NCBI GenBank assembly: GCA_028826165.1
Contig: JAPDFW010000070.1
Span: 992,001-1,056,000, forward strand
Reading direction: 5' to 3'
Length of the DNA: 64,000 bases
From: Anaeramoeba ignava BMAN
Lineage: Eukaryota > Protista > Anaeramoebae
The notes under the pieces are model-generated. The model saw only the letters and a list, made by a program, of their open reading frames with translations, ran no database searches and was not told the DNA's origin. Position numbers and translations under genes: made by a program. Of this stretch, positions 30,001 through 41,621 are shown piece by piece. Position 1 is the stretch's first letter, and the number at the start of each line of letters is the position of its first letter.

Positions 30001-30109
30001 AAATGAAAATCAACCGAAATCAAAAAATCAAAGACCACTTTTATTCAAATCACTTTCTCCTTCAAAAACAAATTTTTTTCTTGATGAAATTTTGAATCAC
30101 AAACTTTAA
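24061..30109 (+). CDS. TMEM131-like (Ig-like/ASH repeat) membrane protein, multi-exon
   Basis: Signal-peptide exon 24061-24146 (MRIKFFLFCLILAYSVFS). Family-like motifs LDFG, FLPRYVG..IITSAG..GIAKESPYKLQPF, IENKNPV and LENPSADP. TM segment near 28690-28740 and an N/E/Q low-complexity tail. The ORF stops at 29958, but a shifted frame continues to TAA at 30109 (probable 1-bp indel). Confidence 0.75.
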
Positions 30110-30244
30110 AGTAAATGATTAAATAAGTTTTTTTTTTTTTTTCTCTTTTTTTTTCTGATCAAGAAAATAAAAAGCAAAAAAAAATTTTTTTTCTTTTTAT
30201 AAAAGTTTTTTTGGGTTTTCATTTTTTTTCTTTTATTTTTTAAA

Positions 30245-32671
30245 ATGGAAAATTCAATTAAATGCGTTTTTAAAGGAGATGGAGCAGTTGGTAAAACTTG
30301 TTTATTAATAGCATCTACAACAAATGCATTTCCAGGAGAATATATTCCAACAGTTTATGATAACACAACATTTGAAATAACTGAAGGAGGAGTAACAAAA
30401 ACATTAGGCTTATGGGATACAGCAGGACCATCATCTGATTGGGATAGACTTCATCTTTTAGTATATCCAGAAACAAAAGTTCTTGCTTTATGTTTTTCGC
30501 TAGTTGAACATAATTCATTTGAAAATGTCAAAAATAAATGGATTCCAGAATTTGAAAGTTATTGTCCGTTAACTCCTATTGTTTTAATTGGAACAAAAAT
30601 GGATTTGAGAACTGATGAAGAAACTGTTCAAAGATTAAGACAATCAAATCTTGGGCCAATAACAACTGAACAAGGAAAAAGACTTGCGAAAGAAATTGGA
30701 GCTGTGAGTTATATTGAATGTTCAGCTTTGACTCAGCAAAATTTAAGAGAAGTTTTAGTTGCACTTTTAAAAGCAAGTGATGTTGAAATCAAAAAGAAAG
30801 AAAGTAAAAAAAACAAGATTTTGAGGAAAATGTTAGTTCCTAAAAAGGAATCTCCAAAATTGCCAAGTAAACCTCCAATTCCTCCTTTTGTTTCTGTTCC
30901 TTCAACTTTTTCTGTTGATATTCTTTCTTGTTTTAATGACCCAACTTATTCTGATGTTCATTTTATTGTTCCTGATAAAGATGATTCAAATAATTTGGTT
31001 GAAAAAACTATTTATTGTCATTCAATGATTATTTCAACTCGTTCAAGAATATTTAATCAAATCATTCGTAATTTTGAGATTGATACTTTTAGAAGGAAGT
31101 TTGCACAATATAGAATATATAAAAATGAAGATCGAGGAGATTTAATATCGAATCAATTTTTTCAAATGTTAGGAAAAGGAAAAGTGAAACCAGATGAAGA
31201 AGTTAAAATTACTGGAAAAAATGAAAATCAAAATGAAAATGAAAATGAAAATGAAAATCAAAATGAAAATCAAATTCAAAATCAAAATGAAAATGAAAAT
31301 CAAAATCAAAATGAAAATGAAAATGAAAATCAAAATGAAAATCAAATTGAAAATGAAAATCAAAATCAAATTCAAAATCAAAATGAAAATCAAAATCAAA
31401 ATCAAAATGAAAATCAAATTGAAAATCAAATTGAAAATCAAAATGAAAATCAAAATCAAATTCAAAATCAAAATCAAATTCAAATTCAAAATCAAAATCA
31501 AATTCAAATTCAAAATCAAAATCAAATTATAAATGAAAATATCAAATCAAATGATGAAAATGCAGAATTAATCAAAACCATCTCAAATCAAATTCACATC
31601 CAAAAAATTAAATCAAATCAAATTCAAATTCAAAAAACTCCAAAACAATTAGAATACAAACCAAAAAACTCGCTTTATAAATTTTATGCAGATTTTTCTT
31701 ATAAACCATTCTTTCTATTTTTACTATTTCTTTATTCAGGAACAATACCAGAAGAATTAAAACCAAAAAAAGATGATAATAATAATAATAACAATAGAAA
31801 ACAAAATCAAGAAAAAGAAGAAAAACAAAAGGAATTAGTTGATCAATTTTATGAAATTCTTGATATTTTCAAAATGAATTCTGTAAAACCAATTCTTGAT
31901 TTGATAATTCCAGACAAAAAAAACCCAAGAAATAGTAATGATATAATTGATAACGAAATACAAGCAAAAAATTTAATTGATGAAGAAATCAAAAAACTTC
32001 GAGAAAATATTGGAAAAATTTTATTAATGAGACAAGATTTAAGTGATTTTATAATTGAAGTTGATGATGGAAAAGGGAGAATACAGAAAATAAAAGCACA
32101 CAAAGTAATCCTGAATCAAAGATCAGATTATTTCAAGTTGATGACAGAAAGCAAAATGAAAGAAGAAAAAGAAAGCAGAGTTGTTTTTAAGGATATGGAT
32201 TATGAAACTGTTTTGAGGTTTATAACCTTTTTATATTGTGATGAATTGCAAATTTATGGAACAATTTTAAGTGATAAGAAATCCCGAAAATACAAGAAGG
32301 AAATTTCAGAATTCAATAGAAAATTGTTCGAACTTTTGGTTATTTCAGATTATTTTCAATGCGATAAATTGAAGAATTTATGTGAAGCCAAATTGATTGA
32401 AAAAATTCCTACTTTCTTGTTAATTGATGGGTTGAAAATTTCTGAATCTGTTAATGCAAGAAATCTTTATAATTATTGTGTTTGGAAAATGGGAATTAAA
32501 TATTCAAAGATTCACAAAATGAGTAATTTCAAAAAGCAATTAACAAAAGAACAAAGAAGAGAAATTAGAAAAGAAAGATGGCCACCAAAAGAATATGAGA
32601 AATATCATAGTAAATTCAAAGTTAAGTTAGCCAAAAAGTTTAACTTAATTGAGAAAGAGAAGCGGAAATGA
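30245..32671 (+). CDS. RhoBTB protein (Rho GTPase domain, proline-rich linker, two BTB domains; Dictyostelium RacA-like architecture)
   Basis: [32 protein letters not shown] motifs [17 protein letters not shown] (split by an NQ insert) and [18 protein letters not shown]. No CAAX. Confidence 0.9.
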   Translation: MENSIKCVFKGDGAVGKTCLLIASTTNAFPGEYIPTVYDNTTFEITEGGVTKTLGLWDTAGPSSDWDRLHLLVYPETKVLALCFSLVEHNSFENVKNKWIPEFESYCPLTPIVLIGTKMDLRTDEETVQRLRQSNLGPITTEQGKRLAKEIGAVSYIECSALTQQNLREVLVALLKASDVEIKKKESKKNKILRKMLVPKKESPKLPSKPPIPPFVSVPSTFSVDILSCFNDPTYSDVHFIVPDKDDSNNLVEKTIYCHSMIISTRSRIFNQIIRNFEIDTFRRKFAQYRIYKNEDRGDLISNQFFQMLGKGKVKPDEEVKITGKNENQNENENENENQNENQIQNQNENENQNQNENENENQNENQIENENQNQIQNQNENQNQNQNENQIENQIENQNENQNQIQNQNQIQIQNQNQIQIQNQNQIINENIKSNDENAELIKTISNQIHIQKIKSNQIQIQKTPKQLEYKPKNSLYKFYADFSYKPFFLFLLFLYSGTIPEELKPKKDDNNNNNNRKQNQEKEEKQKELVDQFYEILDIFKMNSVKPILDLIIPDKKNPRNSNDIIDNEIQAKNLIDEEIKKLRENIGKILLMRQDLSDFIIEVDDGKGRIQKIKAHKVILNQRSDYFKLMTESKMKEEKESRVVFKDMDYETVLRFITFLYCDELQIYGTILSDKKSRKYKKEISEFNRKLFELLVISDYFQCDKLKNLCEAKLIEKIPTFLLIDGLKISESVNARNLYNYCVWKMGIKYSKIHKMSNFKKQLTKEQRREIRKERWPPKEYEKYHSKFKVKLAKKFNLIEKEKRK

Positions 32672-32765
32672 ATTTTTTAATAATTAAAAAAAAAAATAAG
32701 CAAAAATAAAAAAAAGCAAAAAAAAGTGGAACAAAAAACAAAAAAAAATTTTTTCTTTTTTCTTT

Positions 32766-33377
32766 TTAGAAAATTAAACATTTATTATTTTTGTTTTTAT
32801 TTTTGTTTTTGTTTTTGTTTTTGTTTTGATTTGGAAAAATATATTCAAATCCAATTTCAAAAGCTTTATCAAAAGTTTCTTTAACATTAATATTTTTAAA
32901 AGCAGAACATTCAAGATAAGAAATAGCACCAATTTCATCAGCATAATCATTTCCCATTTGATAAGGAATAGGAGATAAACCTTGTTCTTCTAAACGAGAA
33001 ATAGTATAATTATCATCACGAAGATCAATTTTAGTTCCAACAAGAATAAAAGGAGTTTGAGGACAATATTTTTGGATTTCGGGAATCCAAATATTTTTGA
33101 CATCTTCAAATGATTTCATATCAACAACTGAAAAACAAACTAAAAAAACGGTTGTTTCTGGATATGATAAAGGTCTCAATCGATCATAATCTTCTCCTGC
33201 TGCTGTATCAAAAATTGTGTAACTTATTGGTGTGTTTTTGTATATTATTTGTTCTCCCCAATTGTCAAAAACTTGTGGATAATGTGTTGTTGGAAATGTA
33301 TTTGTTGTTTTAACTATCATTAAGCATGTTTTACCAACTGTGTAATTCCCAATAATAACAAATTTCATTGTGATCAT
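32766..33377 (-). CDS. Atypical Rho/Rac-family small GTPase with CAAX (CLIF)
   Basis: GNYTVGKT, VFDN, DTAAGEDYDRLRPLSYP, TKID, ECSA, and a polybasic tail ending CLIF. Confidence 0.9.
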   Translation of the reverse strand: MITMKFVIIGNYTVGKTCLMIVKTTNTFPTTHYPQVFDNWGEQIIYKNTPISYTIFDTAAGEDYDRLRPLSYPETTVFLVCFSVVDMKSFEDVKNIWIPEIQKYCPQTPFILVGTKIDLRDDNYTISRLEEQGLSPIPYQMGNDYADEIGAISYLECSAFKNINVKETFDKAFEIGFEYIFPNQNKNKNKNKNKNKNNKCLIF

Positions 33378-33394
33378 TTTAAAAGAAGAAAAGA

Positions 33395-33432
33395 AATGAA
33401 AAAAATGAAAAAAATGAAAAAAATGAAAAAAA
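33395..33432 (-). promoter_or_regulatory. Putative initiator-like TTTTCATTTT elements upstream of ATG (representative instance)
   Basis: Four tandem copies lie ~20-55 nt upstream of the Rac ATG. The same motif appears on the sense strand upstream of most genes in the window. Confidence 0.5.
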
Positions 33433-33555
33433 TGTTTAATTTTTAATTTTAATTTTAATTTTAATTTTAATTTTAATTTTAATTTTAATTTTGATTTTAA
33501 TTTTAATTATAATTTTGATTTTAATTTTGATTTTGATTTTGATTTAAATTTCTTT

Positions 33556-35383
33556 TTAAAAAATTAAACATTTTTCTTTCTTTTTTTCTTTTCCAATTTG
33601 ATTTTGATTATTAAATTTATTAATTAATAAATCAAATAAATTTGGATTTGTTTGATTTAATTGAAAATAATCAATTCCTGTTTTAAATTCATCAATTATT
33701 TCTTGTGTAATTTCAATTCCTTCTTTAATTTGATTTGAATAAATCCAATATTCAAATATTTGAAATGATTTATTACTTAATTCACTATAATCTGTAACTT
33801 TGTTTGAAGTATCATTTGTTACAGATAAAAACATTCCTCGATATAATTCACTTCTCATTATTAATATTAATTTTAGGAAATTTATATTGTTTTTCTTTTC
33901 TTTCAATTATAAAATCTTTTTCATTTTCATTTTCATTTAAATAAATTCTTTTAATTGTTTCTTCAATTTTTTCATTTAAATTTATAATTTCTTTAATTTC
34001 AGAATATAATATTGGATTTATTTTGGAATTGTTTGAATAAATCATTTCAAATATTTGATTTGATTCTTTAATTGATTTTTTTGAAATAATTTCTTGAAGT
34101 TTTTCAATTTGATTTTCATTTTGATTTAATCTATATTTCAATATTAATTTATGAGCTTTAATTATTTCTCCATTTTCTGTTTTAAATGAAATATCACAAA
34201 ATTCTTTTCTTCTAAATAGTTTTATCAAATCTTCTTCAAGATTGGAAAAAGAAGGAGGAGAATAATAAAGAAATGATTTTGAATATCCACAAGAAATATG
34301 ATAATTAGAAATATTTTCATTAAATCTTAATTTAGGAAGTTCAATTTGAATTGGAGTAGAGTAATATTCTGTATCTCCAATTCCTAATTGACCATATTCA
34401 TTATCTCCAAATACTATTAATTTTGAATTGGAAGTTAAAATCAAAGTATGGAAGCATCCAACAGAAAAATCAATAATATCATCATCATTTTCAAATAAAG
34501 ATGATTTGATTTCAGTAAATTCATAAGTATCTTGATATTTGCCAAATCCATTATATCGATAATCTCCACATGAATAAAGTTTTCTTTTTGGATTTTCATT
34601 TTGATTTTGATTTTCAATTAACATTATTGAATAGGAAAATCCACATTGAATATCAATTATTTTACCTTTTGGAATATTTTGGATTTTGGTTAATTTTTGG
34701 ATTTGTGTTTCTTTTCTTGATTTTCCTAATCCAAGTATAGTGAATGGATTATATCCACATACAAATAATTCTTGATTTGAATTTAAAAGGAAAACAGATT
34801 TTGAAGTATTTCCTGAAAATATTTTAGAAACATTTTTCATCATTAAAATTGGTTTTTCTGTTTTTTCAAGTGTTTTAGAATCAAAACCAAGTTGACCATG
34901 TTGATTTAAACCAATTCCATAAGCATTTTGATTTGAAGTTAATAAGTAAATTGAATTGTATCCAGAAACAATATCTTCAATTATTCTATCATTTGTATCT
35001 TCAATTAATGATGAAATATTGATAAATTCTTTTTTATATTTTGGATTAATATCTTTTCCTTTGGCAAATACATTTCCTTCTATTGTTAAAATAGCTTCAT
35101 TCTGATCGCCAACAGATACTTTTTGAATATTTTCTTCAATTTGGATTTTTGAAGGATTTTGATTTGAATCATTTTCACTTAAATATTCTATTGCTTTTCC
35201 ATTTTTAAAAAGGAAAATTGTTGAATAATTTGATGTTGAAATTTGTTTAATTTGTTTTTCATTTTCATTTTCATTTTCATTTTCATTTTCAAATTTAAAT
35301 TGAATTGGTTTTGTTATTTTATTTGATTCATTTTTGATAAGTTTTGGATAAGAATTTTTACCAAAAAATATAATTTCATTCAT
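33556..35383 (-). CDS. RCC1-repeat + BTB protein, copy 1 (1-bp frameshift near 33875; sequencing error or pseudogene)
   Basis: RCC1 motifs GLNQHGQLG, GCFHTLILT and GDNEYGQLG; BTB-like CDISF..AHKLIL. One extra base relative to the paralog at YKFPK|LILIMRSE. Confidence 0.75.
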
Positions 35384-35763
35384 TTTTGAAAAGAAAAAAA
35401 TGAAAAAATAAATTTTTAATTTTAATTTTAATTTTAATTTTAATTTTAATTTTAATTTTGATTTTGATTTTAATTTTAATTTTAATTTTAATTTTGATTT
35501 TGATTTTGATTTTAATTTTAATTTTAATTTTTAATTTTAATTTTAATTTTAATTTTAATTTTAATTTTAATTTTAATTTTGATTTTAATTTTAATTTTAA
35601 TTTTAATTTTAATTTTAATTTTAATTTTAATTTTGATTTTAAATTAATTTTAATTTTAATTTTAATTTTAATTTTAATTTTAATTTTAATTTTAATTTTA
35701 ATTTTAATTTTAATTTTAATTTTAATTTTAATTTTAATTTTAATTTTAATTTTGATTTTAATT

Positions 35764-37499
35764 TTAATTTTGATTTTGATTATTAAATTTGTTAATTAAT
35801 AAATCAAATAAATTTGGTTTTGTTTGATTTAATTGAAAATAATCAATTCCTGTTTTAAATTCATCAATTATTTCTTGTGTAATTTCGATTCCTTCTTTAA
35901 TTTGATTTGAATAAATCCAATATTCTAATATTTGAAATGCTTTATTACTTAATTCACTATAATCTGTAACTTTGTTAGATTTATCTTCAGTTACAGATAA
36001 AAACATTCCTCGATATAATTCACTTCTCATTATTAATATTAATTTTGGAAATTTATATTGTTTTTCTTTTCTTTCAATTATAAAATCTTTTTCATTTTCA
36101 TTTTCATTTAAATAAATTCTTTTCATTGTTTCTTCAATTTTTTCATTTAAATTTATAATTTCTTTAATTTCTGAATATAATTTTGGATTTATTTTGGAAT
36201 TGTTTGAATAAATCATTTCAAATATTTGATTTGATTCTTTAATTGATTTTTTTGAAATAATTTCTTGAAGTTTTTCAATTTCATTTTGATTTAATCTATA
36301 TTTTAATATTAATTTATGAGCTTCAATTATTTCTCCATTTTCTGTTTTAAATGAAATATTGCAAAATTCTTTTCTTCCAAATAATTTTATCAAATCTTCT
36401 TCAAGATTGGAAAAAGAAGAAAGAGAAGGAGAATAATAAAGAAATGATTTGTGATATCCACAAGAAACATGATAATTAGAAATATCTTCATTAAATCTTA
36501 ATTTAGGAAGTTCAATTTGAATTGGAATTGTTCTCCTATTAATTTTGAATTGGAAGTTAAAATCAAAGTATGGGCATCACCAACAGAAATATCAAGAATA
36601 ATATCATCATTTTCAAATAAAGATGATTTGATTTCAGTAAATTCATAAGTATTTTCAAATTCTTTGCCAAGCCCATTATATAAAGAATTTCCACATGAAT
36701 AAAGTTTTCTTTTTTGATTTTGATTTTGATTTTGATTTTCAATCAACATTATTGAATGACCAAATCCACATTGAATATCAATTATTTTACCTTTTGGAAT
36801 ATTTTGGATTTTTTTATCTTCTTTTCTTGATTTTCCTAATCCAAGTTGACCATGATAATTATATCCACATCCAAATAATTCTTGATTTGAATTTAAAAGA
36901 AAAACACTAGTTGAAGAAATTCCTGAAAATATTCTAGAAACATTTTTCATCATTAAAATTGGTTTTTCTGTTTTTTCAAGTGTTTCAGGATCAAAACAAA
37001 GTTGACCAAATTGATTTGAACCAATTCCATAAGCATTTTGATTTGAAGTTAACAAATAAATTGAACCAAAACCAGAAACAATATCTTCAATTATTCTATC
37101 ATTTTTATCTTCAATTAATGATGAAATATTGATAAATTGATTTAGATTATTTGGATTAATATCTTCTCCTTTGGCAAATACATTTCCTTCTTTTGTTAAA
37201 ATAGCTTCATTTCTTTCACCAACAGATACTTTTTGAATATTTTCTTCAATTTGGATTTTTGAAGGATTTTTACTTAAATATTCTATTGCTTTTCCATTTT
37301 TAAAAAGGAAAATTGTTGAAAAAAAACTTGATGAAATTTGTTTAATTTGTTTTTCATTTTCATTTTCATTTTCATTTTCATTTTCATTTTCAAATTTAAA
37401 TTGAATTGGTTTTGTTATTTTATCTGGTTTATTTTTGATAAGTTTTGTGAATCGGTTTAAACCAAAAAATAATATTTCATTCATTTTCTTTTTTTTCAT
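35764..37499 (-). pseudogene. RCC1-repeat + BTB protein, copy 2, with a frameshifting deletion near 36530
   Basis: Close paralog of 33556-35383. The segment VFGDNEYGQLGIGDTEYYST is missing and the frame shifts before PIQIELPKLRF. Confidence 0.65.
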
Positions 37500-37609
37500 T
37501 TTCTTTTTTTTATTTTTAATTTTTGAAAAGAAAAAAATGAAATTTGAAATGAAATTAGAAAATTAATTTGTGAAAAAAAGAAAATGAAAATTGTTTGAAA
37601 AAAAAAAAA

Positions 37610-40448
37610 TCAACGAGAAAAAACTTCTTCAGTCCAAGCATGATAGTCATAACCATCATCAACTTTTGGAGCAGTTGACAAGATATAGTTGATATCATGG
37701 TCATCCATAACGAGTTCCATAAGATCTTTCTTAGCAACTTTAAATCCGCGATTAATCAAAATGAATGAGTTGATGATTTCATCTTTTGTATCAGTATCAC
37801 CGAAGATGACTATCATGAAGTCCTTGAAGCGCTCGTAAGAAATATCCTTTCCATCACCATATTCCTCCATGATTTTGTTGATCTCCTTGGGGGTGCGCTC
37901 TTCACCAAGAGAATACAAACATGCAGTCAACTCTTTTCTGTCGATTGTGCCTGAATTGTCGAAGTCGAACTGCTTGAAGTTTTCCTCGATTTCCTGCATC
38001 TGTTCCGCAGTGATCCCGCGCAGTTTCTGGTGCTCAATCTCCTCCTCAAGCATCTGTTTTTTTCGCGTGATGAAATTCTTATACTGTTCAAAAAGAACCG
38101 TAACGTCTTTTAGGGACACTGTTGTATGGGGGTTATTTTGGATCCCGGCAGATTCCATTTGTGCTTGAAGTTGTTTGAGCGGTTGGATTTTGGAGAGCGA
38201 TGAAGAGTAGTTTGCGATTGCGGAATCGACGTAGTTGAGCTGGTCTTCGAGGGATGTTTTGGCCGCTGTGATTGTGTCTTTTTGTTGGAGAATCCATTTC
38301 GTAATTGGGATCACTGAGTCCGCAAATTTTCTGCACAACGCATCGTTTGCTTGCTGTCTTTTGAGTTCGGTGTCGTAAGCTTTGTTTCTCTGTTGGATCG
38401 CGTTCTCGAGATCCTGCAGCTGTTGGTCCACATCCTCCATTGTGAATGTTGTATACGGGTTGTCTGTCACGTTGTAGCTGTTGAGTTCTTCTTGAAGTGA
38501 ATCGCACGCGCCTTTCAGTTTCGCGGCTTGGGTCTTGATTTGCTGGTTTTCTGAATCAAGCGTTTTTTTGTATGATTCAACCTCCGAAAGAGTATATCCG
38601 AATTCCATGACAAGCGCGTTTTCTCCTTGGAACTGGACATATCGAAGGAAATCCTGAACCGCATTTGCAAATTCCAAACGCAATCTTTCCTTCTCAATTT
38701 CGCGGCTCAAATCACCCTCCAAAACGGGGCGTTTTTCTTTGGCAAGACGATCCAAAAGAACGAAGTAGTCGTCGATTTGTTTCTGGTCCGTGAGAATCTT
38801 TTGGGAATGTTCATATTTCTCCTTGACAAGCACGTCCGTTATTCTTTTTAAATATTGAACACCAGTACTTTTTATACTTGCGTTCTCCTTTTCCGTTGAA
38901 TCGAGAATTTTGATTTTCAATTGCGCTTCTGAGACGGAGAAACTTTCCTCTTTATTTCTCAAATCGCCCTCTTTTTCCTTTGCAAATTGAAGTAATTTTT
39001 GATGTCGGACTGAATGTTGTTGTGCCATTTGCTGGAGTTTTAATTGTCTGTTGAGTTCGGCATGAAGTGCGACTTCGCGCTCCTTCTCGCATTCCTCGAG
39101 ATGCACCATATCCTGTGCCACTTCTTTTAGTGAGCACCCCTTTTCTGGCTTGAATTCAGGTCGTTTGTGATGTGCTAATCGCATTGCTAAATTGTTGTAA
39201 TTTGATTCTAAATTTAATTGATCGCTTAAAAGTGAACTTTTGTCTTTTGCTTTGTAGTCGTAGAAAAGATCTAATCTTTTTCTTGCTCCTGCCATTGTGT
39301 TATCGATTGTTCGGTCTTCGAGAATTTTTTCGACTCTTTTGAGTGTAGCCTTTAATATTATAATTTTAATATAAATTTAATAAATTAATTTTAAATAAAT
39401 TTTAATTTTAATTTTATAATTGAATTTTAATATTAATTTTATATAAATATAAATTTTATAAATGAATTTTAATATAAATTTTAATATAAATTTTAATATA
39501 AATTTTAATATAAATTATAAATAAATTTTATAATTTAAATTTTAAATAAATTTTAAATTAATTTTAATTTAAATTAATAAATTAATTTTTGTTTTTGTTT
39601 TAATTTGTATTCAATACCTTGAAATTCTTGGCAGTCGCGTTATATTCAGCCTTCAATCTGTCATTTTCCTTTGTCAAAATAATCAATTTCTTCAAACGTC
39701 GAGCAGCAAGATCCAATTTTCTCTGCTCAGCAATACCATAATAATACTCCGAGACATAAACAACCATTGAATTTTCATCCAACCTTCTAATTTCATCAGG
39801 GGTGATATACTTTTCAAGAGCAAAATAACGCTCAGCAGCATCTTGAGCAGTTTCCAAATTTTGGATCGGATTACTTGGATCAAGATTTTCCCATTCAATT
39901 AACTTCGGACGATGCTTATGGATAATAGCGCACAAAGCAGTACCGTCAGCAAAACTCTTCTTGAAGTCATTGATTTCAACGCCGTCATAACCGGCCGTTT
40001 TATTTTTGCACCACATAAGTAACGCATCCTTAGCATTGAGTGCTTCGCCTCCGCTTCCATCGTCAATTTTGATATATTTCATCATAATGGCCCAAACAAG
40101 TGCAAGTGTACCACGGACGTCCCCCTTCTCTAGCTGCTCCGCAGAGGGCTTCACTTTCATATCAACCCCTTGACTCCAGGCGAATTTTAATCCGTTATTT
40201 AAATTGTCTATTCGGTGAATTGACATTTTTGGTTTTGTTACATATTTCCCATCATACTGCGTTTCGCTTAAGACTTCTATCAGATTTATTAATAAAACTC
40301 CGTCTTTTATATCTTCAACTACATCGTTCACTTGGATTTCTGGTCTTGTTCGAAGTAGTTTTTGTTTGACCCATCTTGAAAATATTTTTCGTTGTAATCG
40401 AACCCAATCTTGATTTCCTCCTCCTGTTCTTCTGCCTGTTCTTGACAT
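37610..40448 (-). CDS. Alpha-actinin-like protein (tandem CH domains, spectrin-like rod, EF-hands)
   Basis: Exons 40448-39618 and 39349-37610. CH motifs QRKIFSRWV, DGVLLINLIEVL, LLMWCKNKT and FADGTALCAIIH; EF-hand DFDNSGTIDRKE. Confidence 0.92.
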
Positions 40449-40589
40449 TTTTTTTTGTTTTTTTTTTTAATTTTGAATGAAAAAAAAAAATGAAAAATTA
40501 AAAAAGCAAAAAATTTTTTTTTTTTTTGCTTTTTTTTAATTTTCTTTAATTGGGGAAAAAATTTTTTTTAATTTTTCTCCTTTTTTTTT

Positions 40590-41215
40590 AATCAATAAAT
40601 ATAAAAAATAAGAATAGATTTAATTTAATATTTAATTTATAAATTAATTTAAAAATATAATTTAATATTTAATTTTATTTTTAAAATAATAATTTATTAT
40701 TTTATATTTAAATATTTTATTATTTAAATATTTAACATATAAATATAAAAATAAGAATAATTTTTTAATTTATTATTTAATTGTTTTAATAATTATTTAA
40801 ATCAATTAAAAAATATAATTTAATATTTAATTTTTTATTATTTAAAATAATAATTTATTATTTTAGATTTAAATATTTTATTATTTAAATATTTAACATA
40901 TAAATATAAAAATAAGAATAGATTTAATTTAATATTTAATTTATAAATTAATTTAAAAATATAATTTAATATTTAATTTTATATTTTAAAGTTTTAAATA
41001 TTTAATTATTTTAAATATTTTATAAATATAAAAAATAATTTTAAATATTTTAAAATATATATAAATATAAAAATAATAAATTGTTTTTAATTTAAATATT
41101 TTATTATTTAAATATTTAACATATAAATATAAAAATAAGAATAGATTTAATTTAATATTTAATTTATAAATTAATTTTAAAATAATAATTTAATAATTTT
41201 TAGATTTTAAATATT
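40590..41215. repeat. Local imperfect AT-rich direct repeats (the block ATAAATATAAAAATAAGAATAGATTTAATTTAATATTTAATTTATAAATT recurs near 40595, 40900 and 41123)
   Basis: Directly visible recurring block. Confidence 0.7.
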
Positions 41216-41621
41216 TTTTTATTTAAAAATTTTATTTTGAAAATTGATTTTTTTGAAATTAAAATTTTATCTTTTTTTGAATTAAATTGAATTAATATAA
41301 TTGGAATTTTGTTTTAAAATTTAAATTTATTAATAATTTTTAAATTCCAAAAAAATTAAATTAAAAATTAAAATAATATTAATTTTCCTTTTTTAATTTA
41401 AAAATTAATAAAAATAATAATAATTTATTAATAAATTAATTTAAAATAATAAATTAAAAAGAAAATTAAATTAATTATTAATTTAAATTTATTCTTATTT
41501 TTTATATTTTTATTTATTTTCAAAATCCACTTTTTTTATTCATTTTTTTTTAAATTTTTTTTTTCATTTTTTTCCTTTTTTTTTAAACACAAAAACAAAA
41601 AACACAAAAACAAAAAACAAA

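Noticed and set aside
33860-33890. Programmed ribosomal frameshift in RCC1-BTB copy 1
   Set aside because: The paralog is in frame at this site and no stimulatory structure is evident; a simple indel is more parsimonious.
37610-40448. Horizontal transfer or contamination explaining the GC-rich gene
   Set aside because: It is a core eukaryotic cytoskeletal gene with a host-type AT-rich intron and the host upstream motif.
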